Positions 1 to 12,870 of a DNA stretch of 64,000 nucleotides are shown here, in pieces. The notes below the pieces were generated by a model. It did not search any database, was not told where the DNA came from, and saw only the letters and a program-made list of their open reading frames with translations. Source of the DNA: Malacoraja senta (lineage: Eukaryota); NCBI GenBank assembly GCA_038087875.1, contig CM075984.1:3162001-3226000 (forward strand). Direction: 5' to 3'. The position numbers and the translations under genes are program-made. How positions within the stretch are numbered: position 1 is the stretch's first letter; every line of letters begins with the position of its first letter.

Positions 1-2147
1 ACAGTGGGACAGCCCTTTAGCATATACTACATTGGAAATTGGTTGTAAGCTGAATGCTGCTGATTTCCTCTGGGTTATTGAAACCCATGATATAGAGAGG
101 ATATTAAGGAGTGGAGGGAAGCACATTTGTTTAGCTTCTTGATAGGCGAAACCATGTTTTCATGTGATAGAAGCAGAATTAGGCCATTCGGCCCATTGTC
201 TACTCCGCCATTCAATCATGGCTGATCTATCTTTCCCTCTTAGCCCCATTTTCCTGTCTTCTCCCCCTAATCCCTGATACCTGTACTGATCAAGAATCTA
301 TCTATCTCTGCTTTTAAAATATCCATTGACGGCCTCCTTCTCTGGCAATGAATTCCCTCTGACTAAAGAAATGTCCTTTTATTCTGACCCTATGACCTCT
401 GGTCCTAGACTATCTCCTGGTGCAAAAATCCTCTCCACATCCACTCTATCCAGGCCTTGTATGAGTCAAAGGACAGCTTATTGGCACCAAATGCACCCAA
501 GAATTAAAGAGGTAAAACCAACAGCCTGGAAAGTCAAGGTGGTAGGAATAACTGGGCTGGAGAATCATTTTAAACAAAGCTAAAGCCAATTAGTTACAGA
601 GAAAATGTATTCATTTAAAGTTAGTGCTTTATGCAGCTAACTGGAACAGTTGTTTTTATTCTAATGTTATGTGGCAGCCCTATGGTACAGAATAAATTAA
701 AAATCAGGTTTTGCAATTCTGTTTGTTGACATATAATATGGAAAGGAAACTCAGTATTTTAATTTTTTCATCATTGGTCTCAACCCCCTAAATAATGAAG
801 CTACTTTTTTTGGACATTAGAAATAGAGGCAGATGCGAGATGAGTTATTTAATATGCGACTTTATTCTTGTGGTCGTAGATATTATGCATACGGGCTTTG
901 AATGAAGGAATAACAGGTAAATACAAAATCTGAAAGTATAACCAGCAGAAAGTCAAGATTTCTAGAAACTTGATACATCTCTTTTGCAAATGTCATTCCT
1001 TATCCGGAAACGTAATGGCACAATCAATATGATATGAAGCTATTTATGGTTATGGTCATCTAGTGTAGCCTCTTATTATCCTTGAGGTAATTTTGAATTG
1101 TATTATTTGTATAAATATAAAGCAATTAAAATATAAAATCAGACATCGTGCCTATATAGTCTATATGCCAATTTTTGAGCAAGCAGCTTCTGCAGTGAAT
1201 GGGAAGAAACATTATTTCATATGGAATGGGGAAAAATATATACTATGGCAGCTATTCAGAGCTTACCACATGCCAAGCATTGTGACATGGAAATGTATGC
1301 TGGCACATGTGAACCACAAATAGAAGCAACTGTGCACTTAGACCCAGATTATCATCAGAGTTTCAGATTCCAGGTTCACAATTCAGAATGTGTAGGAAGG
1401 AACTGTAGATGCTGGTTTAAACCGAAGATAGACACAAAAAGCTGGAGTAACAGGCAGCATCTCTGGAGAGATGGAATGGGACGTTTTGGGTCAAGATCCT
1501 TCTTCAGACTCAAGAAGGGTCTCGACCCGAAATGTCACCCATTCCTGCCTGAGTTGCTCCAGCATTTTGTGTCCATCTTCGCAATTCTGAAATTCCTGTG
1601 AGAAAAAAGGAATACTGCTGTTTTAATTGCATATGCAAAATTTCTCAATGAATAGATTAGTTAATTTAAAAAAAAACAGATATACAAATAAATGTTATTT
1701 AAAGTGCTGCATACAAAGTATGCTCTCATACAAAATAGAAGCTTTTGCAAAAGGAATTATTCTTCTTGGATTGTGTTGGATGGAGTATTCAGTGATCCCA
1801 TTATTATTTTTGTGAGTTTTTTTCTGAATACCCTGGTTTTTGCCATGAATTATTTTTCCTTCCTCTGGTGATTTTCTGCTAGTTCATTCTCTGGAGCCTG
1901 CCCAATCTGAGAGTCGATGAAATTGTCGGCAGGCGTCTTTGATCTTATCTACAGTACCATGGTTGTGACTGACCCTGTTCTATTGCAGCTGCCATAAATA
2001 TACTTCCAGCAAATATTTCAGATCAACGAGTTTGAGAGAAAATAACTTTTTTGGTCCCTATTAACCCCCCTCTTCCTGCAACTGAAATACGTCTCTTCTT
2101 TCCCCTTTTTGATCTATGTATGGGATCAAATGACACAGCATAGCCTC

Positions 2148-2530
2148 TTATAGAAACATATAAAATTATAAGAGGACTGGACAAGCTAGATGCAGGAAAA
2201 ATGTTCCCAATGTTGGGCGAGTCCAGGACCAGGGGCCACAGTCTTAGAATAAAGGGGAGGCCATTTAAGACTGAGGTGAGAAAACACGTTTTCACCCAGA
2301 GACTTGTGAATTTGTGGAATTCCCTGCCACAGAGGCAGTGGAGGCCAAATCACTGGATGGATTTAAGAGAGAGTTAGATAGAGCTCTAGGGGCTAGTGGA
2401 GTCAAGGGATATGGGGAGAAGGCAGGCACGGGTTATTGATAGGGGACGATCAGCCATGATCACAATGAATGGCGATGCTGGCTAGAATGGCCGAATGGCC
2501 TCGTCCTGCACCTATTTTCTATGTTTCTAT
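2148..2530 (+). mobile_element. CR1 LINE 3' fragment
   Basis: Homologous to 38511-38890; same tail. Confidence 0.88.
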
Positions 2531-3389
2531 TGGTATGTCTACTATTCTCAGGATAAAAATGCTTCATTATTGGCAAAATTGAAAATGGAAATTTTTGTTT
2601 TAAATTAACAAATAAACTTTTGCTGATTTTGTGTACTCAGTGAATGGATTATGTTTAGGTACGTTTTTATGAAATATTTAACTTGGTTGCAAGAAGTATT
2701 CATTCAATGCAAACGAGAATTAAAGTTCATTGTTGAACTTGCTGTGATTAACATGGCAATTGTAGAATCAACATCATAATTAACCAGCATCTGAAGCAAA
2801 TGATTGATTTGAGTCAACTAGCATTTTTTCTATTGAAAATCAAAGAACTGTAGGTGAGTGTAGAGTTATTCAGCATGGAAACTGGTCCTTGAATTCAACT
2901 CATCCATACCGACTAAGTTGTGTACCTCATGTGTTCCCATTTGTCTGCAATGGATCCATATCCCTGTACACCTTCTATCCAAGTACCTGTCTAAACACCT
3001 TTGAAACATCATCACCAGCTACCTGCCTCTACCATTTCCTGGCTAACTCCACATATCTACGACGTTCTATGTGGACAAAGTTGCTCCTTGGGTTCTCCTT
3101 GGATCTTTCACCTCATTGTCTTAAAACTTTGACCCCTCCCCTACCCCTAAGCCCTCTACCCAAGGAAAAACATTGTGACCATTTACCTTATCTATCCTGT
3201 TCATGTTTTTTTAGACCTCACTAGGGTCACCCCACAGCATCCTACACTCCAGGGAAAAACTCCCAGCCTGCCCTCATAACTCAAGCACTCTAGTCCCATT
3301 AACATCTTTGCAAATCTTTTCTGCACTCTTTCAAGCTATATTCTTTCCTTTAGTTGGATGCTCAGAACTACATTCCAGGTGTATACAGT

Positions 3390-3820
3390 TCATAAGTGAT
3401 AGGAGCAGAATTAGGCCATTTGGCCCATCAAGTCTACTCTGCCATTCAATCATGGCTGATCCATCTCCTGCCTTCTCCCCATAACCCCTGACACCTGTAC
3501 TAATCAAGAATCTATCTCCGCCTTAAAAATATCCATTGACTTAGCCTTCACAGCCTTCCATGGCAATGAGTTCCACAGATTCACCACCCTCTGACTAAAG
3601 CAATTCCCCCTCATCTTCCTAAAGGAACGCCCTTTAATTCTGAGGCTTTGAACTCTGGTCCTGGACTCTCCCATTTGTGGAAACATCTTCTCCACATCCA
3701 TTCTATCCAGGCCTTTCACTATTCGGTAAGTTTCAATGAGGTTCCCCCCTGATCTTTCTAAAGTCCAGCGAGTACAGGCCCAGCGCCATCAATCGCTCAA
3801 GCTGCAATATGGCGTCCCAA
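3390..3820 (-). mobile_element. CR1 LINE 3' fragment
   Basis: KGLDRMDVEKMFP..GESRTR...[13 protein letters not shown]. Confidence 0.85.
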
Positions 3821-4129
3821 TGCCTGTACTCCGAGCCCTGACCAATAAATGCAAGCCTGAAAAATGTCTTCATTCCAGCCCTTCATCAGACCCTTTTGTG
3901 TTCTGAATGTGGATCTGCAGGGAAACTCAATACTCAGAAAAAATTGCAAAAGTAGGAAAGGACATCAGGCAATTGCCCGAACGTGACCAGGGTACATTTT
4001 AGTCACAAGAAACTACAGATACTGGTTTACAAAAAAAAGACACAAAATGCAGCAGCAACTCAATGGGCCAAGCAGCTCTGGGGAGCAATGTTTCGGTTCA
4101 GGACCCTTCACACTGATTGTAGTGGGGGG

Positions 4130-4806
4130 CAGGGGCAGGAAACCCGGGTGGGCCAGGGGGGACATGTCCCCCCTCTGTTTTGAGATGTGGGGGGCATCCT
4201 CCCCAATTTTTTGTATTCCGGATTTTAAAACCCGGTGAAATCTCCGCTTTCCGCGAGACAGTGGGGATGGGACTGCTGATCGAGGGCGGCGATTGGACGA
4301 GAGAGACGTCGGTCAGCAGGCAATGATGATTCAGCGCGGTCATTGGAGGAGGGAGGAGTGGGGGGGGGTGGGACTGAGGATAGAGCGCGGTGATTGGAGG
4401 AGGGACAGACCTGTGCCTCATCCACAGTCAGGATCGATCCCGGCCGGGTCTCCGGCGCTGTCCCGAGTGCCCCCCCCCTCCAGAGAGGTCGGGAGTCGGA
4501 CGCGAGCTGTACCCCCAGGTCCACAGCCAGCGCAGAGAAACAGCGCTAAACCCAGCTCAACTCAGCCTGTGATGCCTGGATTGGGGGAAATATGGCCAGC
4601 GCGGAGAAGCAGCACTGGTGTCCCGTCAGTCCAGGCACGGCTGTAGGTTAACCCGGCGAGAAATGAGCTGCATTTAGCGCTGGATTGAGCATCCGAAGCC
4701 TCGCGCGTGTGTGTGTGAGTGTGCGCATGGGCGCGCGGCCGCCAAAAAAGTCTGTCCCCCCCGTCCCCCGGTCCCCTCCATGTTTTGATAGCGATTTCCG
4801 TGCCTG
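4130..4806. mobile_element. non-autonomous hAT-like DNA transposon (MITE)
   Basis: CAGG...CCTG imperfect TIRs; 8-bp TSD GTGGGGGG / GTGGGGAG; GC-rich, no transposase. Confidence 0.7.
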
Positions 4807-4933
4807 GTGGGGAGAGGAAGTTGGAAGAGAGGTGGGGGCGGGACAATATATTTTCCGTTTTGATTTGTGTTTTATGAAGCATCAAGAAAATAAAAACAGT
4901 TACTCTGCAGGATTTCTAAATTATGCCATATAA

Positions 4934-5214
4934 GGGCGGCGCGACGGAATGAGGTAGAGCTACTGCCTTACAGCGCCAGCCGGGTTCGATCCTGACCACG
5001 GGTGCTTGTCTGTACGGAGTTTGTACATCCTCCCCGTGATTTGCGTCTGATTTCTCCGAGATCTTCAGTTTACTTCCACACTCCAAAAACTTCCAGGTTT
5101 GTAGGTTAAATGTAAATTGTCCCAAGTGTTTGTCCGATAGTATTGGTGTGCGGGGATCGCTGGTCGGTGCGGACTTGGTGGCCGAAGGGCCTGTTTCCAC
5201 ACTGTATCTCTAAA
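4934..5214 (+). mobile_element. tRNA-derived SINE with CR1-type tail
   Basis: A/B-box-like head (ggtagagc...gggttcgatcc); tail gaagggcctgtttccacactgtatctctaaa. Confidence 0.8.
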
Positions 5215-5247
5215 CGATACTCCTTTATATTAATGACAGCATTTTAA

Positions 5248-5557
5248 TTGTACTCGCTAGAATTTAGAAGATTGAGGGGGGATCTTATAGAAACTTACAA
5301 AATTCTTAAGGGGTTGGACAGGCTAGATGCAGGAAGATAGAGTGGTGAATCTCTGGAACTCTGCCACAGAAGGTAGTTGAGGCCAGTTCATTGGCTATAT
5401 TTAAGAGGGAGTTAGATGTGGCTAAAGGGATCAGGGGGTATGGAGAGAAAGCAGGTACAGGATACTGAGTTGGATGATCAGCCATGATCATATTGAATGG
5501 CGGTGCAGGCTCGAAGGGCCGAATGGCCTACTCCTGCACCTATTTTCTATGTTTCTA
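5248..5557 (+). mobile_element. internally deleted CR1 3' fragment
   Basis: Matches 43651-44048 with an internal deletion. Confidence 0.85.
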
Positions 5558-6224
5558 ATGATTGGAAAATATGATGTGCCTATTAGAGGTTTCTTCAGTT
5601 TGGTATTTATTTTGTTCTATGGGTCGCAGTTGCAGGTGACAACTAATCCAGTGTGATACCTCCGTTCACTATTTGTGACTTGCAGTCCCTGTGTGTGAAC
5701 CAGTGGAAACATGCAGGGCAAGTGCACAGAAATGAGAAGTCACTGCCTCTAGCCGCTCTGAGTGTTTTATATCTCAATGAATAAAGGACACTCATTTCTG
5801 GGGTCAAAGTAAAGTCATCGACATCTAATCACTCCCAGAGTCATCCTAACTTTTTTTGATTATATCTCAGAGAATCTTCTGCCACTCTAGCAGTTTGGGT
5901 TCTCTGCTGTACCATCTACAGTGCCTCAAAGAGATCTTGATGATCAGAGCACAACACAGGCATGGAATGCTTGTCGAAATTCAAATAGCACCTCAAACGT
6001 TTTTTAAATTTTGACTTTTGAATGGTATCATAACTGGTAATGTTTGAACTAAACCAATTTTGATATCTCCAAAAACAATGCACCAGACAATGGTCAGCTC
6101 AGCTCACATCTTGTGGATGCCCTCGTGTTGTGTGGCTGCATCTCCCCTTTAGTCCTGCCAGTACAGACAGGTACCTCGCTTGTTGCATGAGGTGGAGCAG
6201 ACAGCAAGCAGCAACATATCGCGC

Positions 6225-6826
6225 ATAGGCCTTCATCACTCAGAGTATTGAGTATAAACAGTGGGAGGTCATGTTGCAGTTGTATAAGACGTTGGTGAGG
6301 CTGCATTTAGAGTATTGTGTTCAGTTCTGAGCACCATGTCATAGGAAAGATATCAAGCTGGAAAGGGTACAGGGAAGATTTACAAATTTGTTGCCAGGAT
6401 TAAAGGGAGAGGTTGAGTAGGCTGGGTCTCTATTCCTTGGAGTGCAGGAGGATGAGGAATGATCTTATAGAGGTGTATAAAATCATGAGAGGAATAGAAC
6501 AGGTAGATGCACAGAGACTCTTGCCCAGAGTTGATGAATCGAGGATCAGAGGACACAGCTTTAAGGTGAAGAGGAAAAGATGTAATAGGAATCTTAGGGG
6601 TAACTTTTTTGCACAAAGGGTGGTGGGTGGTAGCTGCCAGAAGAGGTAGTTGAAGCAGGGACTATCCCAACATTTAAGAAACAGTTAGACGGGTACATGG
6701 ATAGGACACTTTTAGGAGGGATTTGGACCAAACGTGGGCAAGTGGGGCTAGTGCAGCTGGGACATGTTGGCAGCTGTGGGCAGATTGAGCTGAAGGGCCT
6801 GTTTCCACGCTGTATCACGCTATGAC
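6225..6826 (+). mobile_element. CR1 LINE 3' fragment
   Basis: LGLYSLECRRMRNDLIEVYKIM...NFFAQRVV. Confidence 0.85.
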
Positions 6827-8483
6827 TCAGCTGTAGGTGACGGAAACCAAGACACTCCCCTCCAAAATCACTCCAATAGTATTGTGACAGAATACTGAAT
6901 GGAGGAGTGGAGTGAGAGGCCATATAGAACAGCACAACACAGGACAGGCCGTCTGGCTCACAATGTCTGTGCCGAACATGATGCCAAGTTAAACTAATCT
7001 GCTCTGCCTGCCTGCACGTGATCCATATCCCTCCATTCCCTGCACATCCATGTGCCTATCTAAAAGGCTCTTAAATAGCAATATCGTATCTGTCCCCACT
7101 ATCACCGCTGGCAACCACCCACCACTGTGCTAAAAACCCTGCTCTGCACATCAGCTTTAAATGTTGCCCCTCACCTTAAAGCAGTGCCCTTGACATTTCC
7201 ACACTGGGGGAAAAGGTTTAGACTGCCTACCCTAAAATTCGCCTGCATCAACTCCATTCTGTCTTTGTATAGTGCAGTGCACAAGTTCCAGGAAACAAAT
7301 GATGCGAACACTACTAGCAATTCCGATCCAAATTGACGGTGGATGTTTAAAGTAAAATTAAGTGTTTAATCACTCACGGCTATACATTCATCAGAAATGC
7401 TATAATGAACTAAACCAGGCGAGTATTATACACAGCATTTGAAGGAACTCAGCAGAAAGCCTTTTATTTTCCTTATTTGTCAATCTGTCAAATACTTAAA
7501 TAAGCGTTTTTTTAAAATCCAGTGACAGGCAGGTTACTGGGCATTTTTAAATTTGCTCCTTGGGTCATAGAACTTGGCATTGCTTTGGAGTTCAGTAATC
7601 GTTCACTTAAAGCTTTGTGACTGTCTAATCACGACATCGACTTGTTGAGTCAATGCTATATAAATAGCATGGGGCCATGCAGAGTTTTGTAGAGTAATTC
7701 TTGTTAATGCATGTCTGTTGTGAGGATGCTAGTCCCATGTTTCATTTTATGGAAGGCAGTACGCATTATTGTTACGCATTCTCATAACAAGTCAAATAGT
7801 CATAGAATTCTGCTCCCTAAGTATCATTTATTGCACCATGCTGTCCATCACATTGAGACTGCCAGAAAAACAGAATCCTCCAGCAAGCATCAAAACAAGA
7901 TTATATTTCAGTTGTTTGGCTAAACTGCTCTTGTGTAAAGATGTAATAACCAACTTGACCAACCTTTTTTTTGCACCAATGCTCATGACATTCTCTTCGA
8001 TTAGGTCTGTTCATTTTGTAAAGTGCAATTTAACAATGAGGCCATGCTTCGATTTGTGGCTGCATTTGCAACGAGAACTGTTCAGGTTGTGAACACCTCT
8101 GAGGAATCCTTGCGTAAGCTGGGGGAGACCTAACACAGTTCATTTCACTGATTACACCAAAGAATTAATGATCAACATTACAACAAATGACTCATAACAT
8201 CACTGAGACGGGCATCTGCATTGGTGACAGTAGATGCGAACCAAAGAACGGAAAATGTTTATATAATGTCAGCTAACATGATGAGAGAGAGTGGGGGCTG
8301 GGCAAATAGTTTAAAAAAAAGCATTATGTAGCCAGTAATGTAATGACAATAGAATTGAGAAAGGGACATGACCTTGAAGATAATAAGTGTAGTTGAGAAT
8401 GATGCAAGGTCAGAGATAATGTGGAGGTACTCTGAGGGAGAGGTTTGGCTCAGGTAGTGAGAAGGAGGAGGGAATGTAGCAGA

Positions 8484-10325
8484 TAGACACAAAATGCTGG
8501 AGTAACTGGTCAGGCAACATCTCTGGAGAAAGGGAATAGATGGCGTTTCAGGTCCAAACCCTTCAGACAGTCAGAGGGGGGCGGTTCAGAACAAATCAGA
8601 GCCGGCCCGATGACCAAGGAAAGGTGGAGCCCACAATGGTCCAGGGGTAGCTGTGGAAGAGGTGACAAACAAAGGGATTATATGGATGCAAACCCTGGAA
8701 CTGGCAGGAAGTGGGAGAAGGTAGGTTTGTAATAGACATCAGCTAATAGTCTATATCTCCTGTGATAGACGGTGAGATCAAGAAAGGGGAGGGCAAGCTG
8801 CTTCCAACCCTGACTCCGGCAAAGACTCTATCCCCTACTCCCAATTCTTCCCTCTCCGCCACATCTGCATCAAAGATGAGGTGTTCCATACGGGGACATC
8901 CGAAATGTCCTCATTCTTTAGGGATGAGGCCCTCACTAGGGTCTCCTTGATATCCCAGAGCTCCGCTCTTGCTTCCCCCCTCTCCCAGTCACAACAGGGA
9001 CAGAGTCACATCTTCCCATCTCCATCCCTTTCCGCAGAGACTGTTCCCTCCACAACTCGTCCCTTCCCACCCAAACCACCCCCTTCTCAGCTACTTTCCC
9101 CAGCAACCACAGGAGATGCACCACCTGTCCCTATACCTCCTTCCTCGACTCCATCCAGGGACCCTGGCAATCCCTTTCAGGTGAGGCAGAGGTTCACGTG
9201 CACCTCTTCCAACCTCATCCATTGTATCCGTTGTTCTCGCGGCGAATTCCTGCATGTGAGACCAAGCGCAGACAGAGCGATCGTTTCACTGAACACCTCC
9301 ACTCAGTCTGCCTTGGCCTGTGATCTCCCGGATGCCAAATATTTAAACTCACATTCCCACACTGACCTTTCTGTCCTGGGCCGCCTCCACTGTTAGAGTG
9401 AAGCCACACGCAAATTGCAGGAACAGCACCTCATAACCATATAACCATAACAGCACGGAAACAGGCCATCTCGGCCCTTCAAGTCCGTGCCGAACTTTTA
9501 AAAAAAAATTATTATTATTTTTTTAAAAATAAATAAATACTTCCCCCTAGTCCCATCTACCTGCACTCAGACCATAACCCTACATTCCTTTCCCGTCCAT
9601 ATACCCATCCAATCTATTTTTAAAGGATAACATCAAACCTGCCTCCACCACTTCCACTGGAAGCTCATTCCATACAGCTACCACTCTCTGAGTAAAGAAG
9701 TTCCCCCTAATGTTCCCCCTAAACTTCTGTCCCTTAATTCTCAAGTCATGTCCCCTTGTTTGAATCTTCCCTACTCTCAATGGGAAAAGCTTATCCACGT
9801 CCACTCTGTCTAACCCGCTCATAATTTTAAAGACCTCTATCAAGTCTCCTCTTAACCTTCTGCGCTCCAAAGAATAAAGACCTAACTTGTTCAACCTTTC
9901 TCTGTAACTTAGTTGCTGAAACCCAGGCAACTCATATTTCACTTGGGCAGCTTACACCCCAGCGATATGAATTTTGATTTATCTAATTACAAGTAACCCC
10001 TGCATTCCCTCTCCGCCCTTCCCCCCACCCTAGACCTACTGCCAGTTCCACTGTTTGCACCCATACATCCCTTTCTTTTCACCTCTTCCACAAGCAACCA
10101 TGAACCATTGTGGGCTCCACCTTTCCTTGGTCAGCGGTGCCGGCTCGGATTTGTTCGCATCCTTTTCAGACCTCTAATTTCCCTGCTTCCTGGTTCTCAG
10201 TCTGAAGAAGGGTTTCAATCTGAAATGTCACCTGTTCCATCTCTGCTGAGATTCTGCCTGACCCACTGAGTTAATCCAGCATTTTGTGTCTGCCTTTGGT
10301 GTGCCAGCATCTGCAGTTCCTACAT
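8484..10325 (+). mobile_element. truncated Penelope-like element with inverted terminal repeat
   Basis: GIY-YIG-type motif FTCTSSNLIHCIRCSR; 8484-8710 is an inverted copy of ~10040-10290; 13-bp TSD GGAATGTAGCAGA; CR1 inserted at 9436-9930. Confidence 0.8.
9436..9930 (-). mobile_element. CR1 LINE 3' fragment nested in the Penelope element
   Basis: LSYRERL..LGLYSLERRRLRGDLIE...FFTQRVV..WNELP; CTCATA duplicated at both ends. Confidence 0.88.
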
Positions 10326-10439
10326 GGAATGTAGCAGAAGCAGCTTAACAAGTTGTTTTTTCAGTTGTAACGGTGAAGTTTTAGGCTGTTAAAACAGAGA
10401 CAATTTAAGGTAGTTCATACCAAGGCAGAAATACTAGGA

Positions 10440-10611
10440 TAGACAAAAATGCTGGAGAAACTCAGCGGGTGAGGCATCATCTATGGAGCGAAGGAAATAG
10501 ACCCGAAACGGTGCCCGTTTCCTTCGCTCCATAGATGCTGCCTCACCCGCTGAGTTTCTCCAGCATTTCTGTCTACCTTCGATTTTCCAGCATCTGCAGT
10601 TCCTTCTTAAA
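10440..10611. mobile_element. Penelope-derived palindromic element (second subfamily)
   Basis: Inverted arms; CAGAAATAC(T/C)AGGAT duplicated on both sides. Confidence 0.75.
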
Positions 10612-11261
10612 CAGAAATACCAGGATGCTTTCATTTGTCCTTTTGCAAACCTTTCATTCATTATTCCATCTTCCTTTTCATATCTCTCATTTCCTTCTCC
10701 CTTGACTCAGTGTGAAGAAGGGTCTCGACCCAAAACGCCACCCATTCCTCTCCAGAGATGCTGCCTGGCCTGCTGAGTTACTCCAGTTTTTTGTCTGTCT
10801 TTGGTGTAAACCAGCCTCTGCAGTTCCTCCCCACACAATCCCAGGATGAGGATCTACTTGCTTCATTTTCCAGGGTTAATGGGGTGTTGGTGCAGGGGAA
10901 CTAAGTCAGACATATGATGTTTAAAATAGTTGTGTACCAGCTATATTCAACTGAGCTCTGACGCACGATGCAGGTTACACTGTTCTACTTTGAATCTTCT
11001 CTTTACATGTGGTTAGCTCCAATGTATGCACGGGCTTTGGTGCTGCATTCTTTTTTTCAAATGTAAGATGATTTTAACTAAGTTATGATATAATATGGAA
11101 TAGGGACATTGACCATTTTAAGAAGAACCAGAATCTTTCAGTAGTTGGGGGAGAGAATATTTTAAGTTATGGAATAAAATGTGTGAATGAAACAAAATGA
11201 AAATAAATGAAAAAAGACACAAAGTGCTTGAATAACTCAGCGGATCAGGCAGCATCCATGG

Positions 11262-11946
11262 GACGCTGACGATGGCAGCCTCGCCAGCAATCTGTCTGTC
11301 TTTTCATCTTTTTTTTGTTATTTTTAGTGGGTTTCAAAAGTTTGTTATAATGTTCTCTGGTTTATTTTATGTGGTGGGTGGGGGAGGGGGTCGGGGGAAA
11401 CTTTTTTTCAATCTCTTACCTTGCCGAAGATGCGATTGTTTTCCGGATCATATCTCCGGTCGCTCTGCGGCCTAACATCATAGAGCTGGCGCCCTTGCTC
11501 GGGACAGACTTTGAGTCCCACCGTGGGGCGTGGACTTACCATCAGAGCCGATCCCTTGCCTGGGATCGACACTCCAACCTGCGTCAGCCTGCGGATTTCA
11601 CCATCAGGAGCCCGCAGTCTCGGGTAGAGACCGTAGATGTCGGGAGCTCCAACAAGGCAGAAGGTTGGACCAGCCCCAACAGGGAGGGCCCGAACGCCGC
11701 CGGCTACGGGAGTCAAGATCGTCCCGTGAACGGAAGGCTTGAGGCCCCCGACCGCGGGAGAACAAAGAAGGGAAGAGACTGAACTTTTTTTTTGTCTTCC
11801 ATCACAGTGAGGAATGTGGAGGAGTCACTGTGGTGGATGTTTATGTTAAAATGTATTTTGTGTGTTCTGTTGCTTGTTTCGCTGTATGGCAAATTAAATT
11901 CCTCGTATGTTGCAAAACATACTTGGCTAATAAAGTATTATTATGA
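11262..11946 (+). mobile_element. non-coding retroposon with Rex1/Babar-like 3' end
   Basis: Same layout as the 24112 host element; ends aaattcctcgtatgttgcaaaacatacttggctaataaagtattattat; interrupts a palindromic element. Confidence 0.6.
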
Positions 11947-12210
11947 TGTCTGGAGAACATGGATAAGTGACTGTCCTGGCCTGAAAGGGCAGCAGAGGTG
12001 CTGCCTGACCCAGCGAGCTACTCCAGCACTTTGTATAGTTTTATTGTAAACCAGCATCTGCAGTTCCATGTGTCTGTAATAAATGACATGTATTGTACAT
12101 TTGGTAAAAAAAATGCTTTTCCTAATTTGTGCCCCACTTGTGTAATGATTATTTACCTTATAAGAGCAATAGTAAGAAGGTATGGTATTATTTTTAAACC
12201 TATTTTCACT

Positions 12211-12216
12211 TTTATT
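12211..12216 (-). terminator. candidate poly(A) signal for the long isoform
   Basis: AATAAA on the minus strand ~655 nt after the exon-8 stop, in AT-rich unique sequence. Confidence 0.35.
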
Positions 12217-12870
12217 TTTTCATGTGGTGCTCATTCATTTGCAGCGTGGGATAAATACGTCAATGAAGCTGTTATGTTACCTCTGATACTCCTCTTCCAA
12301 TCTAAGCTATAGATGCTGACAGCACAATTAGAAACAGGAAATACTGACCTTGATGTTCACCGCTTGATCAGTCATACATCTAAGAGGAGGAACGCTAGGA
12401 TTACACGAAATATTTAAATTAAACTTCAAAGTAAATGATTAAGAGTAATGGCATTGACAAGATTGTCTGAAAGATACTTCAGCATGGAGACTAATTTGGC
12501 AAATCTGATGGTAAAGGGCGTGCAGAGTGATAGGTCCGACTGCTTTCATCGTAACGTGATCCACATTGGATTGACTCATCTATTGATATTTGGCTTTGCA
12601 TCACATCGGTCTTCTGGCAAGTCTATTTGTGAACATATACATTTGTAAATACGACTGGTTTAAATATATAACTGGAATGAATATATAATCAAGGATCAGC
12701 TTTGACCCATTAAAAAATCTGTTTAAAAGTTTTTTACATATGTAGAATTTCAGCAAATTATAAATCTTGAATCCCTAATATCCATTTGTCTGATATGATA
12801 CAAAACACTAAAATATGATGTTATGATCACACATTCCAGAGATAACAATGGTTTTGTATTCAGTCCATTG

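Noticed and set aside
1093-1601. ORFs that might be an exon of a neighbouring gene
   Set aside because: No recognisable homology; the 3' half is a palindromic repeat; splice sites are unconvincing.
4098-4933. cluster of overlapping GC-rich ORFs (also 11369-11782, 24173-24725, 49530-50082)
   Set aside because: Stop-poor GC-rich transposon interiors; no domain motifs.
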